The notes beneath the pieces were generated by a model. That model was not told the origin of the DNA. It saw only the letters and a program-made list of their open reading frames with translations, and did no database searches. From Octopus sinensis (taxonomy: Eukaryota), in assembly GCF_006345805.1 (NCBI RefSeq), contig NC_043012.1:11780001-11844000 (forward strand): a stretch of DNA of 64,000 bases, in the 5' to 3' direction. Made by a program: the position numbers and the translations under genes. Of this stretch, positions 12,052 to 24,599 are shown piece after piece; position 1 is the first letter of the stretch; the number at the start of each line of letters is the position of its first letter.

Positions 12052-13296
12052 ATATATAAAGTGGATCTCGGTCAGAATTTTCTATTATGAGTTTTTCAGT
12101 TGTTCTCGCCTTCACTCAACACCTGACCCCTAATGCACTACCGTAACCACTAGATCATGCGCCTTCGCAACGTTGATGCGTAGCAAGTCGAATTCTAAAC
12201 GAGGTTCTGATTTAAAAAAAATTATGCGGTGGTTAGGGTAGCAGTCTCGCGGTCATAGGATCGTGGTTTCGATTCCCAGACCGGGCATTGTGAGTGTTTA
12301 TTCAGCGAAAACACCTAAAGCTCCACGATGCTCCAGGGGTGGCGATCCCTGCTGTACCCTTAATAGTAAAAGTGGTGCTCCAGCATGGCCGCAGTCAAAA
12401 TGACTGAAACAAGTAAAAGAGTATTTAATTTTTACACGTGTAATAACGACCATATCGGGAAAGGCTTGGGTGTCACAAAATCGTTTCTTTTTTTCATTCT
12501 TATTATCTAAAACCGACATGCTTATACTAGAAACCCAAATCCCTATTGCAATCGATTGTGAAGCATCATCTGATTGGATGGGCCAACAGCGAAATTAGTG
12601 TTGAAAGTGTTGATGACAAAAATGTCCATGGAATGTATATGTAAAAGAGTTGATCTGTACAGCAATGATCAATAACTTTCCACTTCAATAACAGCAATAA
12701 CAACATCTACAACTTGAACAACAACATCAACAACAATAATAATGATAGCAATGGCATAAATATAAAACTATATTGATATGGTTTAGCTTCCGGCCGAAAT
12801 GGAATCCTAATTGGAATTAAAAAACGACATTTCCGCTTGAAATTGGATTTATAAAAAATGGCTTCTGATTCATAACGAAATAATTTCTTTTCCTCCGTTA
12901 AAAGATTTGGGTTATTTTGATATAGAAAATTAATGAACTTCACCCATGCGTGAACAAAATTATGCATCCTGGTCATACGAAAGTAGACTAACAACTGCAT
13001 CAACTCAATCCAACAACTAACCACTTAGAAGTTACATCTGGCAATGTTCCTATTTCTATGAAATGTTATCGGAGGGACTAACAGTGATGAAACTTGAGTG
13101 CGTTCTGCCTGGGGCAACCCTTGCATTAGCTGCCTCTCTGGATCACTAAGCCTATACAAGCTTAAACAGCTGAACCCAAAATGTTGTACCCGTTGAATGT
13201 TGTACCAGGGGCGGATCTCTCATTTTCCCTTGTTTCGCTACTGGAAACTATAAGCCTACGAAAAGGATGAATCAAAAAGATGAACTAATATTGGTA

Positions 13297-13662
13297 TCAA
13301 ATTTTGGCACAAGGCCAGCAAATTTCTGGGGAGGAGGTTTAATCGATTACATCGACCTCAGTGCTCAACTGGTACTTATTTTATCGACCTGAAAAATAAA
13401 AGGCGAAGTCGACCTCAGCGTAATTTGACCTCAAAACATAAAGACGGACGAAATACCGCTAAGCATTTTGCCTAGTGTGCTAACGATTCTGCCAGCTCGA
13501 CTACATCAACTCCAGTGTTCAATTGGTACTTATTTTATCGACTTCGAAAAGACGAAAAGCAAAGTCGACTTCGGCGGAATTTAACCCTAAGAGCGAAAAG
13601 ATGGACGAAACGGAGTTAGGCGTTAGCTCGTTGCGTTAACGATTCTGCCAGCTTCGCTACCT
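13297..13662 (-). mobile_element. Two adjacent SINE family A2 copies
   Basis: Reverse-complement cores CTGGTACTTATTTTATCGAC...AAAGGCGAAGTCGAC at ~13370-13415 and ~13522-13570, each ending in CTGCCAGCT. Confidence 0.8.
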
Positions 13663-14799
13663 TTATACATATTGTAATGTTGGAATAATGTAGCGATGAA
13701 GCTCAAACTTACATTTTTGAAGGCTTTGTTCGAATGAGAATCAGGGCTGCACACATGAGCCTTTATTTTTTCTTGCCTCTCCGGGACATGTAGAAAGAGA
13801 AGTTATTTAGATATCTGATTATGAAAATTTTGAAGGCGCAGCACCTTGTTGGTAGGGTGTTACACTCACCGTATTGTAACAGACTTGCGTTATTCCGTCA
13901 GTAATGTTAATGATAGTTAAAGATTTGCTGTGGCTTTATACATTCAAACCCATCTAAAACTTGGCGGTACAAAAAGACACTTTTCGGGCAAACCTCCCCA
14001 GCGTACTTTCAGTTACTTCCACTCTCGATAATCGTCATCAGAATCATCATCGACGGCGGGATACTACTGTCTCACGTCCTAGGAGTCATCCGGCCGGTTA
14101 TCAAATGGTGGCGATGGTAGTGGTGGCGATGGTTGTGGTGACAATGGTGGTGGTGGTAGTAATGTTGGTGGTTATAAGTGCAATATTAAGAGTGAAGGAA
14201 TGATGGTTGTGGTAATGGTAGCAATAGTCGTGGGCCTATCGAGTGGGGAGGCAGGTTGGCTGTAGGCCTCACTGATGATGGTGGAGTACAAGGTGAAAAT
14301 GGGGACATTATTAATGACAGTGGTGATGGTGACCAGAGAAAAATTGTCATCAAAATGGCGGCAAGATTGGAGATACGGACGGTGATGGTAGCCAGGTTGA
14401 TGGTTTAGCTACTTCTATGGCGTATAGCTAACGGATATCACATTTTCTTTGAACGGGATACCAGTATGTCACAGGGTTATCTACAGGTAAATAAATCACA
14501 GGTAAATAAATTTACCTGTAAATTACAGGTAAATAAATTGGAGCAACGTGAAATGAAGTGTTTTGTTGAAGAACGAAAAGGCTCACCCTTTGAACTACAG
14601 GTACCACACATTTTTGCCATCTGGGTGGACAGGAGCAATGTGAAATAAAAAGTCTTGTCCAAGGACACAACACGACTGTGAGCTGAACACCCTAACCACT
14701 GAGTCACAAAGTTATACAAATTTCACATTTTACAAGGACTTTGTAATGGCTCTGTGCATGCGCAAGTGTGTATGTATGTGTGTGTGTGTGAGTGTATAG

Positions 14800-15280
14800 A
14801 AAGGAAGTGATGAAGTGAGAGAGAGGGAGAAGAGAAAGAGAAAAGAGAGAGGGTAAGGGAGAGAGGGGGAAGAGAGAGATGGGTAAGAGAGAGAGAGAGA
14901 GAGAGGGTGAAGAGAGAGAGAGGGGAAGAGAGAGAAAAGGAAGAGAGAGAGTGGGAAGAGAGAGAGAGGGAAGAGAGAGAGTGGGAAGAGAGAAATAGGG
15001 GAAGAGAGAGAGGGGAAAGAGAGAGAGGGGAAAGAGAGAGAGAGGGGAAAGAGAGAGAAGGGGAAGACAGAGAGAAAGAGTGGGAGAAAAAGAGAGAAGC
15101 GAGAGAGAAAGTGAGAGAAAGGGAAACAGAGCTAACAGAGAAAGAGAGCGAAAGAACCAGGTAGAGAACAGAGAGAGAAAGTAAGAGGTAGATAGGTAGA
15201 TAGATAGATAGATAGAGAGAGAGAGTGAGAGAGTGAGAGAGAGAGAGGGGATAAAGAGAGGGGGAGATAGAGATAAATGG
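14800..15280. repeat. Purine-rich degenerate (GA)n tract
   Basis: Almost entirely G/A on the plus strand. Source of the SL and ER ORFs. Confidence 0.9.
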
Positions 15281-15584
15281 TAAGCGAGCTTGCATCCATC
15301 ATCCTGTCCAGCCGTTAATCAGCACCATCCAAGAATAGCCATGTTTTGACACACATACTTGGACCTCGATCAATGTACTTTTAACAAGAGGTTGTTTTTT
15401 TCTACCACTGCAAAGCCGGGTGAATTGCTAAGTAGACGTTAATGGTTATTAGTGGTGGGTACTGAAAGCAGAGGTAGGATGGTTGCAGTAATAAAGAAAA
15501 TATTGCGAATGAAGACGGCGATGGTGGTAAAGGTGGTGGTGGTTCCAGTAGCAGTAGTAGTAGTAGTGTAGTAGTGGTGGTATT

Positions 15585-15755
15585 GCTACGTTCTGAGTTC
15601 AAATTCCGCCGAGGTCGACTTTGCCTTTCATCCTTTCGGGGTCGATTAAATAAGTACCAGTTACGCACTGGGATCGATGTAATCGACTTAATCCGTTTGT
15701 CTGTCCTTGTTTGTCCTCTCTGTGTTTAGCCCCTTCTGGGTAGTAAAGAGATAGG
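15585..15755 (+). mobile_element. SINE family A1, 5'-truncated
   Basis: Begins at CTACGTTCTGAGTTCAAATTCCGCCGAGG, lacks the head, ends GGGTAGTAAAGAGATAGGCATT. Confidence 0.85.
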
Positions 15756-15954
15756 CATTAGAGTTAGGTATGATGGTTATAACAATAGTGATAACGACAG
15801 TGGTGGTGGATATATTGAGAGTGGCAGTAGGGTAGTTGTAGCAGTGGTAATACTGATGATGACGATGATGATTATGGTGATAATGGTGGTGGTGGTGATG
15901 GTGGTGGTAGTAGATATATTATGGAGGTATTAAGAATGGAGGTACAATAGTTGT

Positions 15955-16303
15955 GTGAAGGCGCATGATTCAGTGGTTAGAGCATCAGGTTCACATTTTA
16001 TAAAGTTTTGAGTTCGATTCCTGGGCCGGGCTGTACGTTGTGTTCTTGAGCAAGACTCTTTATTTCACGTTACTCCTGTTCACTCAGCTGTAGAAATGAG
16101 TTGCGACATCACTGATGCCAAACTGTATCAGCCTTTACCTTTCTCTTGGATAACATCGATGGCATGGAAAAGGGAGGCTGGTACGCATGGGCGACTGCTG
16201 GTCTTCCATAAACAAACTTGCCCAGACTTGTGCCTCGGAGGGGAGATTTCTTGGTGAAATTCCTTGGTCATTCATGACCGAAGGGGGGTTTTACTCTTTA
16301 CCC
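15955..16303 (+). mobile_element. tRNA(Arg-like)/CORE SINE family C, full length
   Basis: GTGAAGGCGCATGATTCAGTGGTTAGAGC head, GTTCGATTCC B-box, CORE-like TTCTTGAGCAAGACTC...CAGCTGTAGAAATGAG, 3' hairpin GGTCATTCATGACC. Homologous to 26631-26971. Confidence 0.88.
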
Positions 16304-16412
16304 TTACAATAGTTCTTGTAAAGGTGATAGTGTCAGCAGTGATGGGCATGTCGAGAATGGAGGTAGAGTAGACATGGTTGTGATAATACTGATGATAAAG
16401 AAAGTGGTGAGT

Positions 16413-16615
16413 TGGCAGAATTGGTAGCCTGTTGGATATAATGCTTTGCAGCATTTCTTCCGGCTGTTTATCTCCTGAATTCAAATTACACCGAGGTCGA
16501 CTTTGCTTTTCATCCTTTCAGGATGGCTAAAATAAGTACCATTTGAGCGCTGCGGTCAATGTCATCGACTAGATCCCCCCCACAACATTTTGGGCTTTGC
16601 GCCTATGATAGAAAC
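16413..16615 (+). mobile_element. SINE family A2
   Basis: GAGTTGGCAGAATTGGTAGC...GAGGTCGACTTTGCTTTTCATCC...AATAAGTACC. Confidence 0.75.
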
Positions 16616-17213
16616 GAAAAATACTGATGGTGACGATAGTGGTGGTAGCGATGGTGGTGGTGGTAACAGTGGTGGTGGTGGTGGTGGTTATGAGTGCAGC
16701 ATTAAGAGTGGAGTTTTGATGGTGGTGGTGATGGTGACAGTAGTCGTGGGCATGTTGAGAGTGGATGTAAGTTCGTTGTAGGCGACAGTGATGATGGTGG
16801 AGTATAAGGTGAAAATGAGGAGAGTATTAACGGCGGTGGAGAAAAATGCTTATTGTAATCAAAATGGCGGTAAGATTGGATATACAAGCGGACGGTGACG
16901 GTAGCCATGTCGCTGGTTTAGCCCTAGATTATCTCTGACCGAGAAAACATATAGTTAAAGGCGTTTCAACCACGACCGTCGCATTTTTCGTACATCAGAG
17001 AGTATTTTTGTCCAATATACTCGTTCTTTTTTTTTTAAGACAGTAGGCTGATGTGATCTGAGGGAAATTTCACTGCTATCTCTAGCACGCCAAGCAACCT
17101 CACATACACAAATATTCGCAAAATACGCATAAAACTACAAATAAAACTGCAAATAAAAACAGATCAAAACGCAGCATAAATAATCGTGTACAAAATTACA
17201 TATTAACGTATAT

Positions 17214-17249
<36 letters not shown>

Positions 17250-17674
17250 ACACACACACACACATACACACGCACACACATACACATACAAGCATTAAGA
17301 AATGCAGGCACAGACACGTAGGAATACATAACAATACATACAAATTAAAACACTTACACTTGAAGCTCACAAACCCGCAGACCAATAAAAAGTTCCCTTG
17401 AAAGCAACACAAAACTTAATTTACATTAAGGTTATAAGGACTGAAATCTTGTGACAGTCATATATTTACCATGGATGGGTATCAGTAGCGTAAGCATTAC
17501 GAATTAATTTCAGTCAGAAATATCACCGTATCGCAATATCGATCCGTCTAGAAAACAGGCAATCTGTAAGACTAGGTTAGTGGAATGTAGTACATACAAG
17601 TTACTGAATTATAAACTGAGATAATGATAAAAGGAAATAAGTGAGATGTATGTGTAATTTGTTAATGAAATTTA

Positions 17675-17940
17675 ACTGGTTCTCCGTCGATTACGACGTT
17701 AAGGTTTCTAGTTAATCCGATCAACGGAGCAGTCTGCTCGTGAAACTAACGGGCAAGTGGTTGAGCACTACACAGGCACGAGTACACTTAGTGTGTCACA
17801 GAATGTGACAAAGCTGGACCGTTGAATTAAAGGTGCGATTCATTTTTGCCAGCTGATAACTTACTATCAGGTATTGAACTCACGGCCTTACGATCTTACG
17901 ATTGTGAGCCCATTACCATAACAACTTAGCCACGCGCCTT
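17675..17940 (-). mobile_element. tRNA-headed SINE family E, decayed
   Basis: Minus strand starts GGCGCGTGGCTAAGTTGTT...GTGAGTTCAATACC (A/B-box-like). Body is related to the fragment near 4910-4980 (GATCAACGG...CAAGTGGTTGAG). Confidence 0.55.
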
Positions 17941-18688
17941 TACCGTTAATGAAATATAGAACACATCTAGAACAATAAGAGAAACTAATGAAATATAAAT
18001 AATTAATTAATGTTCAAGTAAGATACAAGGTAAAAACACACAAACCACAAACACAGCAAAAGTAACTAACAATGTACACACCCAATGTATTTAAAGCTGT
18101 GGCAAACAGGAAGACAAACCAATATTTTAGAACCAAGACAGTTCTCAATACTTTCAGGACCAGCTGTGTTTAAGCGGAAGAAGACTCGTTCACAACGGAG
18201 TCGTAAATGAGAATACTGTATGGTTGTATAATCCATCTTCCTGCTACCAAAATGTGAGATTGAAGTAGCTCGGATAATTGACGTAAAGCCGTCGGTCCAC
18301 ATACTCAGTGATCCAGTGTTGGTAAGGATTAACGTTCTGCAACCGTTTCTAAAACGTTCAACTAACCAGTTTCTCCTAAGCCGAACAGTTGATACTTATT
18401 GTCATAGAAGACATTTTTGAAGATGCAGTGAAGTGTTCTGTAATGTGGAAAGTTGACCCAAATGTATGTATGGTGGTATATTATCTTTTATCTTTTCTCT
18501 CTTACTTGTTTCAGCTATTTGACTGCAGCTGTGCTCAGGGCACCGCTTTGAAGGGTTTAGTCGGACAAACTGATTCCAGTACTTCTTCTATCGGTCGCTT
18601 TTGTCGAACTACTACGTTATGAGGACATAAATTCACCAACAACGGTTGTCAAGCGGATGTGGGAGACAAACACATACACACACACACA

Positions 18689-18748
<60 letters not shown>

Positions 18749-18760
18749 GCTTATATATAT

Positions 18761-19004
18761 CTTTTACTTGTCTCACTCATTTGACTGTGGCCATGCTGGA
18801 GTACCGCCTTTAGTCGAAGAAATCGACCCCAGGACTCATTCTTTGTAAGCCTAGTACTTATTCTATCGTTGTCTTTTGCCGAACTGCTAGGTTACGGAGA
18901 CGTAAACACACCAGCATCGGTTGTCAAGCGATGTTGGGGGGACAAACACAGACAATCAAATATATACACACACATACATGTATATATATATATATTATAT
19001 ATAT

Positions 19005-19036
<32 letters not shown>

Positions 19037-19175
19037 CATATATACGACGGGCTTCTTTCAGTTTCCGTCTACCAAATCCACTTACAAGGCTTTGGTCGGC
19101 CCGAGGCTATAGTAGAAGACACTTGCCCAAGGTGCCACGCAGTGGGACTGAACCCAGAATCATGTGGCTGGTAAG
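18761..19175 (-). mobile_element. SINE family B, near full length, with internal (TA)n; a second partial copy lies at ~18500-18670
   Basis: Reverse complement of the family B tail, body and core (CACTTGCCCAAGGTGCCACGCAGTGGGACTGAACCC). Confidence 0.9.
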
Positions 19176-19594
19176 CTGAGTTCTAATCTCACTTTGCCTT
19201 TCACTTCCTTTGGGCCGATAAAAGTTTGTTTCCGACATCACAAATAAGGATTTAAGAAAACAATTCATATGTAACAGTAATAAATTGAGGATAATTTCGA
19301 TCGGTTAATAAATCAATATTAGCTTAACTAATTAATTAGTTAATTAATTAATGAAGATTAAGCGCTACTGAACAACGATAGAAGATTAAATGATATTAAT
19401 CACTAGTCTTAATTACAAAGTTTTTTTTAAAAGTTGGCGTGGACTTGAAAGAGTACTAAATGAGAAAGTAAAAAAAATGTGTGTGCATGTGTGTAATTGC
19501 GTGTGTAATTATGAGTAGTGTGTATGTGTAGTCTGCGTGAGTGTGTGTACGTGGTGTATGTGTCTGTTAGTATGTGTGCGTGTGTGTGTATATA

Positions 19595-19828
19595 TATTTC
19601 TTTGCTACCCACAAGGGGCTAAATACAGAGGGGACAAACAATGACAGCCAAACGGATTAAGTCGATTACATCGACCCCAGAGCATAACTGGTACTTATTT
19701 TAATCGACCCCGAAAGGGTGAAAGGCAAAGTCCACCTCGGCGGAATTTGAACTCAGAACGTAATGGCAGACGAAATACGGCTACGCATTTCGCCCGGCGT
19801 GCTAACGTTTCTGCCAGCTCGCCGCCTT
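19595..19828 (-). mobile_element. SINE family A1, full length
   Basis: CCCACAAGGGGCTAAA ... GCTAACGTTTCTGCCAGCTCGCCGCCTT. Confidence 0.92.
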
Positions 19829-20379
19829 GTATGTATGTATATGCGTATGAATGCATGTGAACACGTACATAGGTGTGGTTCATTCATTTTTATGGTAGAG
19901 GAGAGAACTGTGCGAGGTATTTTCGTTTTAAATTAGTATGAGTTAAAAAGGAAAGGAAATACAAAACACAAATACAAAATAAAACCAATAACAAAAGAAA
20001 AAATGAAGTCAAAGGGATACTTTTGTTTGTATTTAGCAACAACATTATTTCTATATCTACAGACAAACTGTTTCAAACTTACGTGTATCTTAAACGCTGG
20101 ATGTAAGAGGATTACAGTATAATTGTGCAGTCCAGGAAGAGAACAGATTTAAATTAATAGATTAAAAATCAAATTGTTGTGTTGTTTTCAGAGAACGACA
20201 CAGAGCTACAAATAGTTTAAACACAGAAATGAAAGGTACTTATTTCGTTTTTCCGGCAAGCACAGCTTTCAGATGGCGCTCGGAATTGAAGCATGAAGCC
20301 TGTGATCTCCTCAGATCCGTATGGTGAATAAAGAAATAAGATATATACACAATACATACATACATACATAATTCTGCAC

Positions 20380-20790
20380 TTTTACAGTTACACTTTTTCC
20401 ATGACAGTAGATAAATTTTTTATTCCACAACCTATTTGTAGTGGCTTCGTGCAGACATAGCGTGGATTCACTCAACACTTCAACAGCGCTTTTCTCACGG
20501 TAAAGCAACAATTTTTCTGTGAATGACAGCAGTTATACATTTGCCAGATGCCTTCGCTAAGCAGAATAATGTCTTTGCTTCTCTCCAACCTCCGACAATC
20601 TTTCTCGCCAGCATCCGAAAACTTCTTTCGCCAACCTCCAACAATCTCTCCCTCAGTATTTTGTATTTTTTCATGACAGAAAATACACCTTTTGTGGTAG
20701 TTATAGCGAAATTGCTTTCTTATATCAGAGTAATAAAGCATTTCAATAGAACAGCTTTACCCCCGGGAATTACCGGGTACGCCAACTAGT
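20380..20790 (-). mobile_element. Helitron-like non-autonomous element
   Basis: Minus strand begins ACTAGTTGGCGTACCCGGTAATTCCCGGG (ACTAG plus CCCGG hairpin) directly off a (TA)n run, like 48676 and 49912. The 3' boundary is uncertain. Confidence 0.45.
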
Positions 20791-20829
20791 ATATATATAT
20801 ATATATATATATACATATATATATACGCC

Positions 20830-21030
20830 ATGATATATCGTTAGCCACTACACACATTTTTTTCTCCTTGTTTCTCTCTTTGTTTTTTCTGTGTCCCTTT
20901 CTGCAGAAGAGCGTAGGCTCGAAACGTAAAAGACTTTTTTCTATTCCTGAGCGTTATACTAATACATCTGTTTGTTTTATACACCACTTGTCTTCGTCTT
21001 TTGTCTTTTTCGTAAACTCTCACTATATAT
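20830..21030 (+). mobile_element. Family D Penelope-type terminal repeat, copy 2
   Basis: CTTT-CTGCAGA-A-GAGC-GTAG-GCTC-GAA-ACGT-A-AAAG at ~20897-20932; body CTGAGCGTTATACTAATACATCTGTTTGTTT. Confidence 0.7.
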
Positions 21031-22108
21031 ATACATACACGCGTATGTATATGAATATATGCATACATGCGTACGAATTTAAATACACAAGTACGCAGGC
21101 CTATATAATAGTGCATACACACACACACACACATATGTATGTATGTACACGCGTGAGTATATCAGTATACACTTCTTTCTTTCTTTCTTTCCTTCTTTCT
21201 TTCTTCTTTCTTTCTTTTTTTCTTTCTTTCTTTATTTCTCTCTGATTCCGCAACCCACACTATAACATTCGCCAGTATAATAAACATATATGTCTATTTA
21301 TAAGAACATGACCATTCCTAGTATTCTCCCCTTCCATTTTGAGCTTTACTACTCACCTTAGAAACCCTACCTCCTGTACACATTTTTCTCTACTCATTCC
21401 TTAACATTTTTGACCCCTCCTAAAGTATTCCATTCCTTTATTCCTGATAAACTAATCTCTTCTCCTTACCATTGCAACTACTTGTTGTCTTCTTCCTCCT
21501 TCTTTCCTCTTGCTCCTTCTTCTCTTTTGCTGTTCTTTTTTCCTTCTTTTCCACCTTTTTCTTTTTCTCTTTCTTTTACTTCTTCCTTTTTCTTCTTTTT
21601 TTCACACATGCTGTTGTATTTACTTTTTATATCTTTCATTATTATTTAATATTATCTTTAGATTGACTTTTATATTTTTATTTTTCATTTTTCATTTTCT
21701 ATCTTTTATTTTCTATTTTTTAATTTTATTTTTTATTTATACTCTTGTAAGAAAAAAAATCTTTTGCCATATAGGCAACCTTCTAAACCACAGAATTTCA
21801 GTTTGAGAACGGCTAACGAAAAGCTCAGAACTCAGAGTTTGTGTAAACATTATCGTTAACATAAAACTATCTTCCCAAAAGCCATGCCTACTCATTTTTT
21901 CAAATATATTATACTGTACCATGAACTTTTTTTATTATTCTACTATATATGTATATGTATATACAAACACATATACATGTGTGTGTATGCGTATATTGCT
22001 ATATATGTACGTACACGGACACTCACACATACATTTTACAGACGTAACTGAAGGCTTTAAAAAGGTGCCCTAAATTTACCAAGAGCAATTATTTCATATC
22101 TGTTTTTG

Positions 22109-22197
<89 letters not shown>

Positions 22198-22198
<1 letters not shown>

Positions 22199-22534
22199 TG
22201 TTTGACTTTTGTTTTATATTTGCACAAGCAGGCTCCACGTCTCACCTAGGGACCTCAAGAGACAACAAGTTGAAAGTTCATGTTGGTGTTATGCCTAGGG
22301 TGCCATATATTTGGATTTGTACATAGTGTTGTACTAGTGAATGCTAAAAAACCATACGAAAATTGTTTGTTTTAAAACTTGAGATTACATAGAAAGTATT
22401 TTGCGTAGGATATGAGCAGTTCCCATGAGCACTATCTTTTGAATTTCTGCCATTTTTGGGTTTCCTGGTATCTAAGCAATCAGCCCCTTTTGCTATCATT
22501 CGCAGGGCACCTATGACAACAGGTATTGCTTTAG

Positions 22535-22536
<2 letters not shown>
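22198..22536 (-). mobile_element. 5'-truncated R4/Dong-type (RLE) LINE 3' end
   Basis: Minus strand encodes (frameshifted) KAIPVVIGALRMIAKG..IPGNPKMAEIQKIVLMGTAHILRKILSM*, the typical RLE-LINE C-terminus. Flanked on both sides by (TAA)n. Confidence 0.8.
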
Positions 22537-22602
<66 letters not shown>

Positions 22603-22616
22603 CATCATTATTATTA

Positions 22617-22659
<43 letters not shown>

Positions 22660-22665
22660 TATTAT

Positions 22666-22819
22666 ATGTTTGACTTTTGCTTTACATTTGCACAAGCTGG
22701 CTCCAAGTCTCACCCAGAGACCTCAAGAGACAACAAGTTGGAAGTTCATGTTGGTGTTGTGCCTAGGGTGCCATATATTTGGTTTTGTACATAGTGTTGT
22801 ACTAGTGAATGTTTAAGAA
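22666..22819 (-). mobile_element. Second, shorter 3'-UTR-only copy of the same R4/Dong-type element
   Basis: Closely matches 22198-22350 (TTTGACTTTTG...TGCACAAGC...GAGACAACAAGTTG...GTACTAGTGAATG). Its 3' end runs into (TAA)n. Confidence 0.8.
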
Positions 22820-23419
22820 TTCTTCTTCTTCTTCTTCTTCTTCTTCTTCTTCTTCTTCTTCTTCTTCTTCTTCTTCTTCTTCTTCTTCTTCTTGTTGTTG
22901 TTGTTGTTATTGTTGTTATTATTTCTCTCAGTGGTGAGGTTACATCTAGGTGGTGTGCTGGGATTCAATCAGTAATATATTCCAAGATTCCGAGAATAAA
23001 TCTCTGCATTTTCTTTGCTTAGCTTCTCTTTGGGATTTTGATTCATATTAAAATGAAAATAAGGATTCATCATCTGCTGAAAACGAAATAAAAAGGAAAA
23101 AAATTATTCACATTGCAAGATGGGGGTTGGGTGGAGGCTTTTGGTGGCTGAGACAACGTATTGCTTGGCCGAAAACCATAATGTCTCTTCTAATCGGATT
23201 AACTGCTTGAATTATAGATTAACAGTTCCGTTGCAACTATGATAAGTTGATTATCAGTTGGCACTTGTTGTAAATCATTCATTTGACTTTCTCCATCAAT
23301 TAAAACTACTTCAAACTCCCTCACATATACACCACCACTCGATCTTTCAATCACTTTCCTCATAGCACTTTTTTTGTCGTTGTTTCTTTACAGTTTTACT
23401 TTCTGTTTTTCCCATTCAT

Positions 23420-23464
23420 TATACATACATGCACACGCACATGCATATATGTATATATATATAT

Positions 23465-23540
<76 letters not shown>

Positions 23541-23559
23541 TATATACATATATATATAT

Positions 23560-23644
<85 letters not shown>

Positions 23645-23702
23645 CATATATTATATATATATATATATACATATATACATACATACATATATATATATAT
23701 AT

Positions 23703-23747
<45 letters not shown>

Positions 23748-23758
23748 ATACATACATA

Positions 23759-23797
<39 letters not shown>

Positions 23798-23819
23798 TAC
23801 ATACATATATACATATATA

Positions 23820-23850
<31 letters not shown>
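23420..23850. repeat. Long (TA)n/(TACA)n array
   Basis: Visible dinucleotide run of ~430 bp. Confidence 0.97.
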
Positions 23851-23852
<2 letters not shown>

Positions 23853-24005
23853 GGATAGCTAACGAAAAAAACAAAACAAAAGACGAAGACAGGTGGTGTA
23901 CAAAACAAACAGATGTATTAGTATAACGCTCAGAAACAGAAAAAGTATTTTACGTTTCGAGCCTACGCTCTTCTACAGAAAGGGAGACAGAAAACAAGGA
24001 GAGAA
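23850..24005 (-). mobile_element. Family D Penelope-type terminal repeat, copy 3
   Basis: Minus strand TTT-CTGTAGA-A-GAGC-GTAG-GCTC-GAA-ACGT-A-AAA at ~23948-23981. Confidence 0.7.
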
Positions 24006-24023
24006 ACACACACACACACACAA

Positions 24024-24072
<49 letters not shown>

Positions 24073-24599
24073 TTTCGATTCCTCAGCAAAGCAAGTTATA
24101 AGAAATTCTACAAGGTGATGCTTTGTTCTTTTAACATGCATTTCAATATTTCGGTGTTACGCTCTCTTCGGGAAATCTTCGGTAAAATAATGTTCTATGA
24201 GCAGACTTTTCAATTTTCTGTAGACACTGTGCACATACACATGCGTATCCATCCAGCTATCGATCGATCGATCGATCCATCCATCCATCCATCCATCCGT
24301 ACGTACATACAAGCATACATACATATACAAGCGTATCTGTGTATATGTATATTTAATTATTTTCTTTTTCTTTTCGTCTCACTTCTCCCCACTCTGTCCC
24401 ATCATTTCATTCTGTTCTTCAACTTTTTAATTTTTTTTACTTACATCGTGACTTTAATTAATTAATTAATTAATTCCTTCATTCATTCATTCATTTTTTC
24501 ATTCAATTATTGATTCATTCTGTGTGTTTTTTTCCTTCTATATCTCATCTTTTCGATCATACTTTATCCCCTTCTACGTTACCGGATTTTTCTTTACCT

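Noticed and set aside
12707-13024. 105-aa minus-strand ORF
   Set aside because: Non-ATG start, a tail derived from a trinucleotide repeat, no recognisable domain and no flanking splice signals.
14483-14540. ACAGGTAAATAAA repeated three times with a 9-bp hairpin
   Set aside because: A small slippage/template-switch duplication inside a decayed SINE; no evidence of function.
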